A stretch of DNA of 26,741 nt from a virus (taxonomy: Duplodnaviria > Heunggongvirae > Uroviricota > Caudoviricetes): positions 1 to 26,741 of the IMG/VR virus record IMGVR_UViG_3300015615_001076, one strand, 5' to 3'. Positions within the stretch are counted from its first letter, which is position 1. Every line of letters starts with the position of its first letter. Under the pieces are notes generated by a model, which was given only the letters and a program-made list of their open reading frames with translations, did not search any database and was not told the origin of the DNA. Positions 24,507 to 26,741 of the stretch are shown here, piece after piece. A program made the position numbers and the translations under genes.

Positions 24507-24534
24507 CTCATCCCTGTCCTGCGCTGTGGGTCGC

Positions 24535-25989
24535 TTACGCGAACGGATTCCAGACCTTGGACGTCTGCGTCGGGAGCACGTTCTTAATCATGACGTGCTG
24601 TCTGGACTTCGTGACCCGGAGATAGATAAAGAGCAATTGAGCCCAGGGCTCTTCCGCTTTGGCCGTCGGATACAGCGGAAACTTCGTCATCGGCAACAGT
24701 TGCCGCAACCCGATGGCGTCCATCGTCGGAGCCATGTTGAGCACATACACTTTGCTTGTGCCGGGAATGTCGCGGTTGAAATCGACATACACCGTGGAGG
24801 CCCCGGTTCGCGGCACCCGTCGCACCAACCGGAAATCGTTGGCGTTGTTGGTGCCACCTTTCCGACTCCGATAGATCGCGTAGCCGGTTTCGTCACCCGC
24901 CCCGGAGACGGTGATGGTCACCGTGCATTTTTCCCCGGCCGCAATGGCTTGCTGTGCCGCAATCCGCAGGTCGGATTCCCCGTTCCGATTCACGGAGGCC
25001 ACGGCATAGTAGTAGTTCCCCGCATGCGCCGCGCCGAACTTGCTCGCGGCATCGGAGGCCACCGCCACCCCGACCGCTGCCGGCCGGGTGGGATTGCTGG
25101 TCACATGGCCGGTCGGGCTTTCGCCCTGGCGCGGCAGTCCGCCCTCTTCGATGAAGATGTCTGGATTGTTCGCGAGGTCACCGAAGGAGGTCCGCACCCC
25201 CTTGACCGGTGCGCCAAGCATGATGCCGCCGTTCGGCACATTCGGGAGCGGCACCCGGAAGGCCGGGTCTAACCCGAGATCCAGGTCGGTTTGTGCTGCC
25301 GTGGAGAGGAAGATATCTGTCGGGACGCCGTAGTTCCCTCGGCGCCGAATCACTTGCGCGGCATTGATGATGTGCTGGAACCCGGCGCTGTCGAGCGGCT
25401 GACCTTCGGCATCGATGACATGATCGGTACTCCCGATGTCTTCGATGATCTTCGCGAGCCCATCGAACTCTTCCGGAACAACACCGGAATGGCCCTCAAA
25501 GCACCCCCACTCGCCGGAGGTCAGCAGCTCTAACGTGCCGCCGACTTCCTCACTCGCCTTGGCACTGATGATGGAATTCTGCACGTTCTGCACGAAGGAC
25601 ACGGAACGCCGGGTCATCAAATACTTGACCTGCGCGGTCCGACGGGCATACGACCCGCTCTGCTCCGCGATATCGCCCAATTCCGAGTTGAACCCGGAGC
25701 CTGGCCGTCCACCCACGCCGTTTTGCTCGGTCCATTCGTCGACGGTGGCCGTCGCCGGTGTTTTCTTCAGCCGATTGAACATGACAAAATCTTTGTGGTC
25801 CTGGATCACCTTCATCAAGGTGTGTTCCAAGGACTCGATGCGCAACGCACCACCGCCGACCAACCCGTTGCTGTCCGTGCCGTATCCGGCGGTGATCGAC
25901 TTCATAAACGATTCCCAGTCGGAGAGATGCAATCCGGCCAGGCCAGGGAACCCTTGACCGAACTGAGCTTGGGCTTGCAGTCCGTACAT
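24535..25989 (-). CDS. Major capsid protein, SPO1/Twort/K-like (484 aa)
   Basis: KSITAGYG...GALRIESLE, EWGCFEG...EFDGLAKII, GVPTDIFL, RQLLPMTKFPL and HVMIKNV align with recalled Herelleviridae capsid motifs; AGGAG RBS. Confidence 0.93.
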   Translation of the reverse strand: MYGLQAQAQFGQGFPGLAGLHLSDWESFMKSITAGYGTDSNGLVGGGALRIESLEHTLMKVIQDHKDFVMFNRLKKTPATATVDEWTEQNGVGGRPGSGFNSELGDIAEQSGSYARRTAQVKYLMTRRSVSFVQNVQNSIISAKASEEVGGTLELLTSGEWGCFEGHSGVVPEEFDGLAKIIEDIGSTDHVIDAEGQPLDSAGFQHIINAAQVIRRRGNYGVPTDIFLSTAAQTDLDLGLDPAFRVPLPNVPNGGIMLGAPVKGVRTSFGDLANNPDIFIEEGGLPRQGESPTGHVTSNPTRPAAVGVAVASDAASKFGAAHAGNYYYAVASVNRNGESDLRIAAQQAIAAGEKCTVTITVSGAGDETGYAIYRSRKGGTNNANDFRLVRRVPRTGASTVYVDFNRDIPGTSKVYVLNMAPTMDAIGLRQLLPMTKFPLYPTAKAEEPWAQLLFIYLRVTKSRQHVMIKNVLPTQTSKVWNPFA

Positions 25990-26005
25990 GACGACTCCTC
26001 ATCAA

Positions 26006-26021
26006 GCACCTCCCCGCGTGC
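26006..26021 (-). promoter_or_regulatory. Leader motif GCACGCGGGGAGGTGC upstream of the capsid gene
   Basis: 15/16 identical to 3833..3848; 4-bp stem GCAC/GUGC with a GGA-containing loop, 16 nt from the start codon. Confidence 0.55.
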
Positions 26022-26108
26022 GCGAGTCCCTTGAATGAACGTTCGGCTGGGCCAGAACCGTAGGGACGCCGGTTCGTTCGCTGGCCAGAGCTAGGCCCAA
26101 CCTATGGG

Positions 26109-26741
26109 TTACTTCACCTTGTCGATTTCTCGCATCAGATAATCCGGCACCGGCTGATTGGCTTGGAGGTACTGCCGCACCTCGCCTACCTGCGCCGCTG
26201 TCAGGGTGCTCGCCACCGCCTTCGTCAGCATTTCATTGGCGCTCAGCTTGGGAGTGTCTTCTTGCCCACCGACGCTCTTGGTAACCACGGTCAACAAGCT
26301 TTTCCGTGGCCGACCGGCATTGCCAAAGGCCGACATCTGATCGTGCAGTGTGGCGACGACGGTCTGCAGCGCATGCACCGACTTCGCCAGAATCAGCACG
26401 GCATCATCGGTACTCTTCTGAGCCGTCTGGACATTGGCCTGGACCGATGCGATGGATTTGGTGAGGGTGGCCTTAAAATCGCTGATGACCTGTTCGCCAT
26501 CCACCACGTTCCCCGTCTCAGCACCGCCTGTGTCGGTGGCAGACTTCGTTATGGTCTCCGTTGTCTCGTTGGTCTTGTCTTCGGTCTTGCCCGTATCCGT
26601 TTTTGTGCCGTCCTTCCCCTCAAGCGGCTTGCTCGCGTCAGTGCCGCGAGATTTCACAAAGGCCTCTAACTCAGCCATGGAGGACTGAAAGTCTTTGGCG
26701 ATCGACTCTTCGGACGGTTCAGTGGCGACTGTGGATTTCAA
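26109..26741 (-). CDS. Scaffold-like protein, 5' end beyond the window (partial)
   Basis: Open frame to the window edge; immediately upstream of the capsid gene; charged/coiled-coil composition with many Lys-Ser dipeptides. Confidence 0.72.
   Translation of the reverse strand: MKSTVATEPSEESIAKDFQSSMAELEAFVKSRGTDASKPLEGKDGTKTDTGKTEDKTNETTETITKSATDTGGAETGNVVDGEQVISDFKATLTKSIASVQANVQTAQKSTDDAVLILAKSVHALQTVVATLHDQMSAFGNAGRPRKSLLTVVTKSVGGQEDTPKLSANEMLTKAVASTLTAAQVGEVRQYLQANQPVPDYLMREIDKVK

Larger units (their letters stand above)
1..26741 (-). mobile_element. Myovirus-type phage/prophage structural and lysis module (SPO1/Twort-like head-neck-tail architecture)
   Basis: About 30 contiguous same-strand CDSs in capsid-neck-sheath-tube-chaperone-TMP-baseplate-fibre-lysis order. 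No host genes, att site or integrase in the window, so free phage and prophage cannot be distinguished. Confidence 0.96.

Noticed and set aside
1-26741. Stop-codon reassignment
   Set aside because: TAA, TAG and TGA all end genes at sensible, coupled boundaries under code 11, and coding density is complete.
1-26741. CRISPR array, tRNA or rRNA
   Set aside because: No regularly spaced repeats, cloverleaf or rRNA-like segment seen; the non-coding gaps are at most about 120 nt.

Overview
The whole window is one minus-strand, tightly packed virion morphogenesis operon of a contractile-tailed (myovirus-type) phage or prophage, about 60% GC by spot check, with frequent ATGA/TAATG/TGATG gene overlaps. 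In transcription order (right to left): scaffold-like protein (truncated at the window edge), major capsid protein, two small head proteins, four neck/head-tail proteins, sheath, tube, tail assembly chaperone with a probable +1 frameshift, a short tape measure protein, an accessory cassette, baseplate (hub, HxH spike, tube initiator-like, LysM-gp25 fusion, J-like, wedge), tail fibre, small ORFs and a putative lysis end (DUF5675-like enzyme and a TM/coiled-coil protein). Capsid, neck, sheath and tube resemble SPO1/Twort/K-like (Herelleviridae-type) proteins as I recall them; this is not a database result. The most unusual features are: (1) a 5 kb translationally coupled cassette of three Sec-signal-peptide proteins (two of them Cys-rich) plus a tiny zinc-ribbon ORF, placed between tape measure and baseplate hub; (2) a three-block leader motif shared between the capsid and tail-fibre intergenic regions, which includes a GGA-loop hairpin; (3) a UCC_UUU_C +1 frameshift site in the tail chaperone; (4) a 17-residue identical protein repeat in which 14 of 16 non-Met codons differ synonymously. 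No rRNA, tRNA, CRISPR array, integrase or reverse transcriptase was seen.
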